DNA from: Lepidodermella squamata
Taxonomy: Eukaryota; Animalia; Gastrotricha
NCBI GenBank assembly: GCA_047495785.1
Contig: JBLDXI010000042.1
Location: 3,286,001 to 3,350,000, forward strand
DNA: 64,000 nucleotides
Reading direction: 5' to 3'
Position 1 is the first letter of the stretch, and each line of letters begins with the position of its first letter. Positions 40,080 through 52,888 of this stretch are shown here, piece after piece. The notes under the pieces are model-generated. The model was not told where the DNA came from, searched no databases, and was given only the letters and a program-made list of their open reading frames with translations. The position numbers and the translations under genes were made by a program.

Positions 40080-40915
40080 AAGGGGATAGTTGATTACGGC
40101 GGATCGAATGGCGTCAACCATGTTTACCGGTGATGCACCGTTTTTGCGCTATCGAGACATGTTGGATATTGGATATAATACTGTTTAGTACTTTTTTTGT
40201 TTTTGTGTTATGGTGTTTTTACGCAGAGTGGTTCGAGTCCCCGTGCTTGCATCCATTTTTTTGTCGATTTTTCTTTTTAAGCGAGGACAAGGAGGGTTAT
40301 TTTTGTTTGGCATGAACATCGCGCTGCTGTGGTTCGATTCCTCATGCATGCATTTATTTTTTGGCGATTTTGACATCACCATTTTGCTCGCGATTGAGTG
40401 ATTTTTTTCTGGATATAATACTTTTGGTGCCCTTTCGAACTCATGCCATGGAGATAATACTGTTGATTCTGCCGATAAAGTGACCTCGTGAAAAGGCACG
40501 AAAGTGGATTTAATACTTTTGATCCCTGGCGAATTTTGAGATGCGGTTTCAGAATATTTATGGATTATTTATCGAAGGCAGACGGACATGTAAACACAGC
40601 GGGGAGAACGGGAGGAAGAAGTATTCAAGCGCAAGAATCGCGCACTTTGCCTGACACAATAGGGCGATTTCGCCCACTTCTGTTAGTTTGTATCGAAAGC
40701 TGATAGAAATTGGCACACAAGTCAATGAGACTATGCCAGAAAATAACATTTTGTTGTTTGATCGGTTGATCGAACGGGGTTAACTTAACTTCATTAAAAG
40801 AAAATAGAAATTTCACACGTCGATAACCAATTTTGATAACTACAGATTAAAAACGGTGAGAGATAGCCATATAATTGTTTTCCGAAATCGTCCTTATGGC
40901 TTCGAAAGGGTTAAG
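40080..40915 (+). mobile_element. Decayed piggyBac-like transposase 3' part with right end
   Basis: Degenerate HRF...WILDIILFS (cf. WWHR.FFWLLD.A..N), Cys-rich tail remnant RTCKH..VFKRKNRALCLT..DFAHF, terminal cgaaagggTTAA. Confidence 0.5.
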
Positions 40916-42414
40916 GAATTGTTGAGGCATGTCATAGTTTCCTTAGCAGATTGACTTCGAGTGGAGCCGTTTTGCCGGGTAGAACAGCTGCGATCGCAAC
41001 CAGTTCTTTTTGCCATTAAAACACCGCCAGCTCACGATAGCCTTATGGACTTGTGCTTCCCATCCAAAAGTCTAGCCGCAGTACCAGGTCGGCGTTCGCT
41101 GGAGCGCGGCAAATTATTCAGCCCCGGCTTTTTTATTTCGTCAGTGCTAATTGCGATAGTCGTTGGGCCCGCTAGTGGCAAAGCGCCGTTACCCGACCGC
41201 ATACGGGTCGACCCAAACGCGTAAAGGCCAAAATTAGGCTTGCATTGATTGTTGATTGCTTATTCTTTTGTCTTTTGTCGCTATGCTCTCATCGTTTTTC
41301 TAAAGCCGTTCGTTGCGAAATCATCGTTTGCGTAGAACAGACATTTTTTACATGTAGTGGCAGGTAAGGGCAACAAGCAGTGAGGCTGGAAAACTTGATG
41401 ACAATAATTGGCCGCGCGGCGAATAAAGGGTAGACGCGAAATAATAGGCAGGCCCGATATTTTTAGCACGAGTTATCGAAAAATGATATAGATGCAGCAA
41501 AGTATACTAATTCGGTATGTCGCAACAGCAGTTAGGTGCAACCCATATCCCTGCTACATTTCAACTTTGTAGGTTTTAGTGTCAAGAGTCAAGATGGCTC
41601 CTGCTAAGTGACAGCACACGCCGAGAGAGTTGTTGACTTCGCATGCAGTCCGTGTACTCGCGCCGATTGACGAAGCTGAAGTCGCCAGAGCGCAGAGCTT
41701 AAAACACCTTAATTATTCATGCGACAACTTGCAGTCATTTTGTGTTGTATAACTTGGTCGTTGTCCATAAAGACAATCGTAAGTTTCACTTACATCGGCT
41801 GATTGGCTGCGAGCAGGCAATGGCTACATGAAGAAGAACTTCGCGCAGCCAATGAGCGCGCACGAACAGATGCGTGAATGTCAGCTGCCCCTGATACATG
41901 TCTTTCATTAGTTCGAATGCATAAAGCATTAGTATCAAAGAAAAAGTGACACTTTGTTTCTCGATAACTTGAATCCAAGTGGCTACTAAATAGGAAAGTT
42001 GGAGAAGCTACGCGCTGATTGCTGATAAATGAATTCTGTACACTTACCATCAGCCGTGGAAAGTGACGTTGCCTTTATCGATAACCTTTCCTTTCCAATT
42101 TAATTATAATGTAGCGTGCAAGAATGAACCTCGCCGAGTGTAGGTGTCGTTAAACGGCAAATTTGTGAAAAAACATAAAAGGTGACAGTTTTTTTCGTGA
42201 GAAAAAGGCTGCTGGTTGGTACTAATTTCAAAATTAAAGAAGATCAAAAACAGAATACACTGGTTCACTAAATAGCATTCCCAAGCGTGACACTTTCCTT
42301 CCGGATATGTTATTCTGGATACTGATGCGACCCACTTCCAGTTAGTACTGCAACCCATCTTGAAAAATATACCCATCGATATTTGGAGAAGGAAGACTAG
42401 CGAATACCAAAAAT

Positions 42415-42907
42415 ATGAAATCGCTCATTACAGTCGTTGCCATTTCCTTACTGTTTGCTGACAAATGTGCATCTTCTGGCTCAAATAACATCTCTTCCAC
42501 GCAGCCTGCAGCGTCAAACAGGCTCGAGCAAGACCTCGTTGCCAACTTATTGGAAAAGTACAAAGCACTGGCTGCTTCGTCTAGCAATCCTGAACAAAAA
42601 GATTGGATGCAAAGTAAGTTAGAACGATGTCTAATACAAAGTCAAATATAATATAATAATAAATTTATTGTTTTCAGAGCAAGTCGCAGCAAGCTTCATG
42701 AGCGGTGATCCCGAGTTGATGCGACAGTTGTCGAAGCAGCTCCACGATGAGGAGCGAAGCTGCCGATACCAGGCGTGCATGTTTGTATTCCAGACGCCAA
42801 GCATTTGCAGCAGTAACGGCGGGTTTTACATTTGGGCGCAAAAGATCGCCAGGAAGATTTTTCGAAACCGAAGGTGCGGAAGTTGGTTCGAGCAGAAGAG
42901 CAGCTAA
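42415..42907 (+). CDS. Secreted 4-Cys helical protein family, paralog P4; exons 42415-42613, 42678-42907
   Basis: Signal peptide MKSLITVVAISLLFADKCAS; closest to P3 (LEQDLVANLLEKYKAL vs LEQEIITSLLDRYKTL); CRYQAC...ICSSNGGFYIWAQKIARKIFRNRRC. Confidence 0.9.
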
Positions 42908-43737
42908 AGACGTGGGATATACTTCCTTTCTTGAAAACAAGAGTTTCTCGCTTTGTTTCGTTAACTGAGATCAGATTAAGCTTTGTTAGTAACAGTTTCT
43001 TGCTGCCTTGAGGCCGATATCTATTTTAGTTTGAATAGGTCTATTGAGTTCGCACTGCGGATAAACAATGCTGTTATTTATTCACTAGTAAGGGCTCATC
43101 TTTCATATCTTTCATCTTTGTGTCTTGCGTTGGCAAACTAAGTAGGCTTCACCTTGCCCGTTGAACCTTTCGAAACTGAAGGAATCATATGATATAGGAT
43201 ATATGATATCTCACTTTTTGAACCCAATCTTGGAAGACACAGAATACAACAACTTGAAGAAATCTCGTTTCATACAGTCTATCGATCGGGAGAAGTGTTT
43301 CTGTATTCTGTATTATGCTTAGAATTTGAAAAATGAAAACCCATCGCTTCGGTTATTTTTGATAACCATCTTCAGGGAAAATCAGATGAGCAATTATATC
43401 AAAACTGAGTTTACCTTAAAAATGCAATCAGGTTAGTTTTTCATAATCTTCTGGTTCCTATCGTAGTATATATATTGGTTCCTTGAATAGTTTCGCTTTG
43501 ATCAAGTCGGTTTGTCAGTTGGAATTCAGCTTACCCTACGAATAATGAGAATCTCGATGATTAGACAGACCCGTTTGGGTTCTCCATTAGCAAGGACCTG
43601 GTAACCGTCGCGGCCTTTTGGACAGTAACTTGTATACCGTTCAGCACAGAAGGTGCTGAGAAACAAAACCCAATTTAAAGCGTCATTTGTCATTTTCACC
43701 GCGTGGCAATTCATTATTGCGCGTCAATATCGCGGGG

Positions 43738-43945
43738 CGGGCGACAGAACGACTTGCCTAGAATAGAAATAGATGGCGTAGTGCATTTGTGCACACATAG
43801 ACATAATTTAGGAAATAATTAATAATCCTAAATTATGTCTATGGATGCACATGAGAAAACTGGCGTTCTAGTGATCAGGCACGCGACTGACCTGTCGGAG
43901 ATGCAAAAAATGTAGGTATATCCTAGGCAAGTCGTTCTGTGACCC
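43738..43945. mobile_element. MITE with ~22-bp TIR and internal perfect 18-bp hairpin
   Basis: acagaacgacttgcctag / ctaggcaagtcgttctgt; inner catagacataatttagga / tcctaaattatgtctatg. Confidence 0.7.
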
Positions 43946-45004
43946 AACCCGCGAGTATATACCTATATTAAGGTGAATATTTACCGTAATTATTCTGCTC
44001 GCCGTACTCCGCAAAAACTGTCTCCGGGTCTGAATTCGACCACAAAACCAACTGTCTTTGACTCCACACTGTTTAGTTATCCTGATCCTAGCATATCTCT
44101 GGTATAAGAAAATCGGAGAAATATTGTCAGCTGGTGGAAAATTCAGGTAGCTCAATCTTGCTATGTTATAAAAGGCGAGCTCTCAGTCGATCGGGAAAGC
44201 AATCTCGCATCTTACATAATAATCATACAGAGACACTTTTCCTGGTACTGTGATTCATGATATTCTGTGACATCCAAGATTGCTTTTAAGTCTCACGTTT
44301 CACGTTCAGTCAATTTTCCGATGAGATTATCTGGCCCCAACAAACCCGAGGAGCTTTGATCTCCAACTTTGCTAAACTCGATAATGTACCGCCGTAAAAA
44401 GTTTGATGCGTTGCGTTCCTTCGATTAAATCGAATTAATTGGGTGTTTATTCATATGAGCCTTGATTTGACGTTAAGCGCTAAAATAGTACCCAAATTAA
44501 GTTTAATAAAGCAATTCGAATGACATCGCTCAAAGGTGACGTTGTTGATGACGATAAGATAAGCGGTTAATTGAAATCTGCCATCAACGTCACATGTCAC
44601 ATGTTATGGAGTGAATTGCCCCATCTGATTGTGATAAATATCAATAGGACAAAGGCAACGAGTTAAATTTGGCCATCAAAACACGGGCGCCACGTGTCGG
44701 TGGTACAGGATGTGACGCAAATGCGCCATTGATGACCAACGTTAACTAGTTTAAAGTGTCCTCTATCTATTTATCACAATTGGATGAAACAAACCAGGTT
44801 AGGTCAAAGATGGCGACAATTTTGATAGAACCACGCAGAAAAAAATTAAAGGAAATTTCGAGTTCTATTTCTAGTAGGGGCGTCGAAATAATGGAGTTGA
44901 TACTCTGCTGATACTCGATCGCCGCTGATCTCAAGCGGCCATAAAAGGGAAAATAGCAATTTGAGGAGATAATAAAACATTGAAATATCGCACATCATTC
45001 GAGT

Positions 45005-48000
45005 TTATCTGTCGTTTTTATTGAACGATGTCAAGGATCTATCAGACGATGAATCCAAGCTTGCTTTTGCCGACTGTAATTTTTCACTACCACTGAAATT
45101 GTTAGCATCCGTGGTAATATTCAACGGAACAGATAGTCGCTGCGGCTTTGCACGGCTTTTTGGGAGGAAGTAATGGGACAAAGGCCTCCCAGCTTGGTCG
45201 GCAAGAGCAGAGCTATCCCCCGCAGATAATGAGGCGGCGGAGGCTAAGTTCGTGCCAATAAATGAGCTAGCTTGCTGAACTTTAGTCAAAAAAGTTCGGA
45301 AAATCTTGTCAGCTTGCTCACTGGGATACTCGTTCTTCAAAAAGCATTGAATGCGATCAACCAGAGCGAAAAAATCGCCGTGGCGTCTCAATAAATCGGG
45401 TGAAATGTCCGAGATCATGAGATGCATATGTTTGTCATAATTTAAACATTTCCGATCAGAGCTGATGGATGAAAATCGATCATCAGTATTCTATAAAATC
45501 ACGTACCTAATAAGAGGGTGGTTATTTCGTTTCATTTAACTTACGGCGATAGCTGAAAGAATTTCAACGATCGCAGCCTTATGCCGCGTGGAGGATGTTG
45601 CATGTTGCTGAATTTCGAGCAACTCTTTGAAAAAATTCGCCCACCATTCGCTTTTGCCTTTTTCATGAATTTCAGCAGCCAAAAATTCTTTCCCAGCTTT
45701 CACCGAGAATAACTCGAGAAGGCACTCTGAGGCTTCTTCACTTCTTCTCAGCAATAGAGCGTCCACATACGCGAGAAGAAATCTGGAGTGTAATTGTCTC
45801 ATCTCATAGAGTCGACCAACTAACCTGCGGCGATAGGAAATTGACCATCAGAATAGAAAGATTGATCTATACCCACAAACCGAGTACATCCTATGCTCTT
45901 CCTGTGGAGCAAGTTTTGCAAACGGCCAATTTCTTGTGATATTGTCATCCGCTCTTGCGCCTAGAGCATAATGCTGAGAAATTAGTGAATAATTATCGCA
46001 AAATTCTTACTGAACTAGCCGACTCGAGCTCCCGGGTAAGAATGAATTGAATGCGGCTCGAGTTCGCATGATTGAAAACAGAGTCTGTCCTCTCCGAATT
46101 CTCGCCACTTGAAAATCGTTTCAAGCATATGTTGCGAAACTCCAAGCCGAAGTCTTTGCCACGACCATAGTCAATTTTTCCGAGCTCTATGCACAGCTTG
46201 GCCGCATAATCTAAAGTCACTTCATTTTCGATCTGCTCAAATATGGCGTTTTCCAAAATAAGCTCAACAGCATCAGCGAAAAACGGAATAGATAGCTGTT
46301 TCAACTTTGGCTCAAGCATGCGGACTATTGTAGACCGGCTAATAGAAGATGCACGCAACCAAATGACTGAAACCAAGCTGCGGAACTCATCCTCGTGGAA
46401 TGTATTGCTGACGTTGCTTGCAGCAATTGAGATTGCTTGAACATCGATAGAAGCTCAGTCGAAATCGTTCGATACCCTTTTACTTTTGATATATGCAGCT
46501 GGTTGGTTATTTAGCGGGACTTCTGGGGGAAAAGCTATGCTGAAAGTGGTGAAAGGTCGATCGAAAGATGCAGACAAAGCAACGGTTCTATTCCAACCAC
46601 CTTTCTGTATCATAATAAGACAAAAAGTATATTAAACCTATTTGAATTATTGAGCTAAAAGAACCGAGTTGATAATCTGAAGAAACAGCAAGATCTCTTT
46701 GGTGAGATCAGGATCCAGTGGATTTCCCTTCTTCAAACAGAATGCCGATAGCCTGTCATGGCATTCGCGCCATAATGCTCTTTCCTCGGCAGTTTGATGC
46801 ATGTAGCCGTCTTCTATCAGCCGATCGACAACAATCATAATTTGGTACAGAAAGGGTATCGTAAGAGCCGTGTCCTGACGAACAAGTCGCCGGATGTAAA
46901 ATTTGAATAGGCTGGCTTGAACCAGGCCGGCTCTGTAGAGGTCAGTTATCAGTCGTAAGGAGGTTGCGCAGAAGTGATCGACCTGTCGCTTCGTTTTAAA
47001 CTGTTCGATTCTCATGCAGCATATTGTTATGGCTTCGCGAAGGCTGTAAGTAGTGCTCTCAGACTTAGCCTCAATAACAATGGTATTTTTTGCCCGGGCC
47101 TAGAAATTAATAACTCTAAAGGATAAGAGAGACAATAAAGCCTACATACCATTTGAAGAATTTCAAACATGCGCACCAGTGGAGAATAGACATCTGGGCC
47201 AATGGCATGAGCCTGGAAATAATTTAACAGTAGAAATATCAATAGCAGAAATTTTGACTCTACTTGATTTAGCATTTCGCCGATACTATCGATGAAAGCC
47301 CGGCGGGAATTCACCTCCTCCAGCAACCGATATGCATCTGCAGCTCTTAAGGAATACTCTTCAGGTTGAGCGGCCAAATTGTCCACAATCTTGTGAAATT
47401 GAGCTTTCCCTCTAGATTGCCAGAAAGGACTTTCGACGTCCTTGGCCCCCAACCTTGGGACCTCCATGATTATCTTTGCATCTGATGGTTTCCTTGCAGT
47501 AATTGGATGCTGCGGCTCCAAGGCTTCTCGATATGCCGAGGTCTCTTGCGCCTCGTAGACATCCAAGGATCGAGGGATATTCGATTTCCCAGTTCTCTTG
47601 TCTGGAACCATAGTTTTACCAATTTCTTTCTCCTTAGCTGACGAAAACTCCTCCTTGTGGAAACTATTCCGCATCCATCCACCTTTCTTCTCAAAAGACT
47701 TCAAAAATGTAGAAATTTTCAACGTTTTCGCCGGGTCGCTGAGGAAGTTTCTTTTCCTGGCTTTTTCCAGAACTGCGATGCATTTTAACCAAAACGCTTC
47801 GTCGCTTTCGTCGAATCGCTCGATGTAACCAGAGTCAAGCAAAGCGTCAACATTTTGAACGATTTCGAAGAGGAACAAAAGGCTGCTTTCGCTATTTTGC
47901 TGATCGACATATATTTTGACGAGGTTGGCAAAGAACTTTTCCCCAAGATAATTCCCGACAAAAAGCTCGTTAAGAAATCTGTGGTAATATAAAAGTTCGG

Positions 48001-48389
48001 CGGGGAAAATCGAGCCATAAAGAGCATTCCTTTGAAACTAACGTTAAGCCATGAAGTATCAAAGATCTGTCCGATTTGGATTTGGGTTGTTTTAAGCACA
48101 TCGTGATTACCGACTCCGCAAAGTTGAATGAGCTGCCTCTGAATTTAGCGGTAACTGATCTAAGTTTATCAAACAGTTTGACATAAGCAGATATTGCTCG
48201 CCTCGATTCCGCCGCCATAGCTGCCGTAAGGATTTTATTGACAGATCTGAGAAAGGTATTTTTCGATTTATTTTTAAGCAGTATGAGCTCCAACTTCCCA
48301 GCTACTTCTGCAAAATCATCAGGATCATCGTTCGACAGTGACTCTAACAACTGATCAAGATTTTCCTCTCCGTGAGTGGATTTGGACAT
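45005..48389 (-). CDS. Multi-MIF4G protein paralog B (in-frame TGA at 46457-46455; possible pseudogene or truncated allele)
   Basis: Same architecture as A: HFCATSLRLITDLYRAGLV; KGGWNR linker; IDYGRGKDF; HRKSIGCTRLVGRLYEMRQL..EEASECLLELF..EWWANFFKEL. Confidence 0.75.
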
Positions 48390-48937
48390 GATCAAGTGCG
48401 TAAATTCTCAAACAATTCCTCGCTTACAATCGTACGAGAACTTGTTGATGTCGGTTTTGCGTGACACCGTTTTTCGTTTCATTGGGACCCCCCTTCTTTT
48501 CCCCCAGCACGTTCAGTTCACAATACGCGCTTCGATTTAAAAGCGATTTATTTCTGGCCATGCGTGCCTTTCAGTCTGCGGAAGAAAATGCACACGTCAC
48601 ACCTTCTGTCATCGGCCTGGATGAATTTGCGATCATAGGAGATGGACAGATGGTAATTGATAGATAATTACCCGATATTTCATTTCCTCTTAAAATTTCA
48701 ACAATAGACGCACTTCACAATCTGGTTTCTGACATGGCAGTTTACTTGACATCAACCCGCGACAAATATCCAGGACGTAAATAGCTCTTGAATGCGTAAA
48801 ACGTCATGTTTGACAAGTGACGACATATTAGTGCTGAGCGGTTAATGTGCTTATAAACCCATTTGGGTGGGTAATATTGTCGCCTATTTTCGTCGAAGAA
48901 TCACCCTTTCGTGTCCCCAAAATAAATATTTTGTTTC

Positions 48938-49567
48938 ATGCTAAGAAAAAGTAACAAATCACCCACGAAGTTACGTCCTTGGACAATGGAATATTTGATC
49001 ACAATGTGGTTCATGCTATCTCTACCAGTCTTCGCGATGGCGGAGCCAGTCAATGCGACAGATGCATTTCAAAGCATTACCACCAATCTCGTCGCTGAAA
49101 CTCCCACCATTCCAGGAAGTCTTGTTGACTCTATTACAGTACCACTAGCTCTACGTCACATGACTTTGGGTCAATACCAGGATCTTTTACTCAAGATTCA
49201 GGCAAATGTCACAGCGATTCTTACGACGTCTTATCGGCCAACTCCAGATAACAAAAATGATCAAGATGCGATTGCTCTTGCAAGTAAGTTTCTCGAGATT
49301 ACCTGTTCCCTGAATTTTATTGTCACATATTAAGAATCGATGGCAGAGTTGTTCAAGCGTGGCGATATCGATCGAATGCGCGAGTGGTCAAAAAAGATGC
49401 ATGAAGAAGAGAGGGTCTGTCGCTACAAGGCCTGCTTGACGGTTTTCAAATCCCACGGCATTTGCCGAGGATCCGGTGGCTTTTTCATCTGGGCGCAGAA
49501 GACAGCATCGAAAATTTTCAAAAATCGCAAGTGCAACTCTTTCTTCAGTATCGACCAAGTCAAATGA
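48938..49567 (+). CDS. Secreted 4-Cys helical protein family, paralog P5 (likely start 48986); exons -49283, 49335-49567
   Basis: MEYLITMWFMLSLPVFAMA signal-like; same phase-1 intron; MHEEERVCRYKAC...ICRGSGGFFIWAQKTASKIFKNRKC. Confidence 0.85.
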
Positions 49568-51238
49568 TAAGGTCATCTCAAGATTTCGCAAGCCACAAGC
49601 TTGCTTAGCCTATATCAGGCTATAATGCTTGCCAAAACCAGACGGAACGTAAAAGGCCTTTTGTCTCAATATTTCTCGCTCAATCATGGTTTACATCCGA
49701 TTATAGTAAAAGAGCTATCGTATTTCTCGAAGCACCTCGAATTAAAACCCCGATTAACACCCTAATAAAAGGGTTCTAATAAATATATAACCGTGCATAT
49801 TTCGAGAAATACGGTATCTTTTAAGACAAACTTTCAATTTCCTCTTCAATATTCATAACGTTCTTTTTAAATGCATAATCGTAATATAATATATCATTAT
49901 CTCTCATTTTAATAAACGTCAACCAATCAAATTTTATGAAACAGAGCTTCGGCAATGAACCAAGTCTTTTTTATCATTGCCACCAACTAGAAAGTGTATT
50001 ATAGCGTTTTTCTCTCGATTCTGCCCGCTCAATATTTTTTTACAATTCAGAATAAAATAAGAGCCATAATTCCAAAGGCGTCTTGAATATTTCACTTCTC
50101 CAACTAGTATTCGAAATTGAATAATGAAAATAATCTTGATGGAACAGAACGCAGCCCATTCAAAACAGCCTGTTGTCATCTCATCTAGAGTGAAGATTTG
50201 CTTGATAAATTCACCAAAAGAAGGCAATGTTTAAAATGAAGCCTTTCTCCTTCCATAAAATTGAAATAATATGATCTGTAGCAGCATTCACCCAATTACT
50301 TTGAGTACCCTGAAATTTTCTCAATCGATTTCCCAAGTAACAAACTCTGCAAAACCTCTTTTAGTTCAGTAGGTATGTGATCAGCGTAATACTGTTCAGC
50401 GGAACCAGAATGGAGTCAACCGGAGCCAAAAAAATTCATACCGTCATTAACCCTTTCGCGGCAAAGTGTGTTTTCAGCCAAGCGAAAAAAATCGAATTTT
50501 TGAATTTTACAGCAAATTAAGAAAGGAATCGGAAAATCAGCAACCACATGGTATGCAAGGAACTGATGCGCATATATCATATCAGTTTCTGATTTGACTA
50601 AAATACTTAATCCCGCTATTTTTTCAAACATAATATTATCTCCGGATGAATTCATAGAAGTCGTCGACGAGGCTATCGTGCTGTCAGTTTTTCATGGAAT
50701 TTCAAAAAAAACGGGTAGTCAATTGGACCCTGCCGAACACGCCTGCGAAGTCAGATAGAGCAAGAAAAATACCCAAGACATCGTTTTACTCGATTGAAAA
50801 AAATAAGAAAAACGTGCATCGGTTTGAAGGGTGATTCATATTTATTTTTTAATCACAGAATTACTAACAATTATTTTAGGTGTGAATTAACTACTCATCA
50901 AAACTTGGATCCGCTGATGCTAAGGCTGTTTAATAAACCTTTCCCTACAGCCCTTGACGTCAACAGATTCTGCTTTCAATCATAATACTTAGTTAATTAT
51001 TTGTCGTCAACCGAAATAAAATAAGATTCGCTTCTTACATTTTCCAGTCGGAGCCCGTGTCTCTTATTTGAGGCTGCCCATCACTTCGGACATCATTAGG
51101 CACATCAATTTTGATGAGCTGAATATGCCTCTAATTAGGCCGGTATTTCGAGCCTGTCGGATAATAAATGCGGTAAAAAATTTGACCACCGCCCTGCTGT
51201 CACATATTTTAAATGGAAAATTAACGTTAAATAATAAG

Positions 51239-52207
51239 TAGAGATGCCGCGGTTAAAATTAAATGCTCGGCCCGAACCGGCGGGCCGGGCCGCCAAAATC
51301 CAAACGAGGCTCGGGTTAACCCGGGTTTGACCGCGGTTAACCGAATAAACCGTTATGTATTTGAAAATTCTGAAAAATCGATCAAAATCGAAAATCGATT
51401 ATCGATATTCGATAATTCGGTATACAGGATAAACAAATGGATTGAAAATTCGGAATCAGCATAAAAAATTGCCCTAGAACCGACTTGCAATTTGTCAGAG
51501 AGCGAATGGTAGGGGATGAAAATCATGGTATCTTGTTTTACTTCCGGTTTTCACTTCCGGTATCCTTTCCAATTTCTTTAAAACCTAAATTTATAAACCA
51601 AGATGAAGGAAAGCGGCTTCTTTTCCTTAGAAATCACCCCTAACACCTCCGAAGGGGTAAAACTTTGACGCAGATCACGCTCGTGAAAGCAGAATTTCAA
51701 TATCACACACCGTTTTCGAGATAGTAATTAGGTTTATTGCCATAATTGCTGTAATAAAATGATAAAGGTTTCATCAGTAAATATTTTTCAAAATAACATT
51801 ATCTAGGGTAGATTTTTGCGCTGATTTCAAATCTGAACTCAGAATTGATCTATATTTCAAGGGCTATTTTCTATGATTTATTTTCTAAATCAGAATATTA
51901 GTTGTTTTTTTTCGGAAAAAATAAATAATTTCCATTTGTTAAGTGATTTCCTTAAAGAACAATAAGTAATCTTTCTGTCATAATGCTACTCATCCATTAA
52001 TACCAATTTACATTGAGTATAGTATAGAATGCACACGGTGATGACACTAGAAGCCAGAAGATTCATAATTCAAATATATAAAGCATAATTCCCGGTTTTT
52101 TCGGTTAACCGCCGGGTTCGACCACGACGGCCCGGCCCGCCGCGGGTTTAACCGGCCCGGTGGTTAACCGCGGGCCTCCGGTTAAATTTTTAACCGCGGC
52201 ATCTCTA
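51239..52207. mobile_element. Non-autonomous hAT element (969 bp) with perfect 8-bp TSD
   Basis: TIR tagagatgccgcggttaaaa / ttttaaccgcggcatctcta; TSD ATAATAAG at 51231-51238 and 52208-52215; GC-rich subterminal ccgcggttaacc repeats. Confidence 0.92.
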
Positions 52208-52888
52208 ATAATAAGCACGGTTTTTGTGCTTGAAATTTGTGATTGGAACACGGTTGACAGACATCACGTGTCATTCGTACTTGCATTCAGCGCTCGCTAT
52301 GCGAACTGTACTTCTTTAAATAATTGTGCCGAGTAAATATTCCGGGAAAATCAAATTGAATGGGCTTCATTTTTCGCTGTCCGTTTCTATGTTAAGAGTA
52401 GTGCTACGCTGCACTGCGCACGACCTAGGAGATAGCAAATTCAAGCAGTTTTTTGCGGTCAGGCAAGCACAAAACTACTCTGCATAAAGACGTCTGATTT
52501 CTTTAACAACGGACCAAGTTCAGTGAATTCATTTTTTTGTCTTTCCTATTTTCCGCAGTCATGTTTTGCATTGAAGCACTTTATATATGCATATATCAAA
52601 ACAAATTGTCCTTTTATCCGTGAAATTTTATTATCAAAACCAAGAGTATGCTCGAACTGTTAGAAATGCAAGGCGCCGCGTAATTAAAAGAGCCGGAAGC
52701 TTTCATGACAGACCGGACGGGTAACGGTGCGCTTCTCACAGCTGTTCAACAGAAGATTCTCGATGTATCAAAAATTCACCTATTTCAACCTTATCATAGT
52801 ATATTTGCACAATAAAGAAAATGAAATAGCCTGGTGGAATAAAGAATATTGGCAGACCTGGATGGGGACCGGAAAATAAATTGAGCAT

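Noticed and set aside
40215-40245. B-box-like GGTTCGAGTCC suggesting a tRNA
   Set aside because: No A-box or cloverleaf; lies within the piggyBac-like relic
43526-43714. Cys-containing ORF (YCPKG...VCL) ending at a GT donor, faintly lectin-like
   Set aside because: No consistent downstream exons found and it abuts a MITE
50447-50750. TTAACCCTTT piggyBac-like left end
   Set aside because: No matching right TIR/TTAA found nearby; too incomplete to delimit
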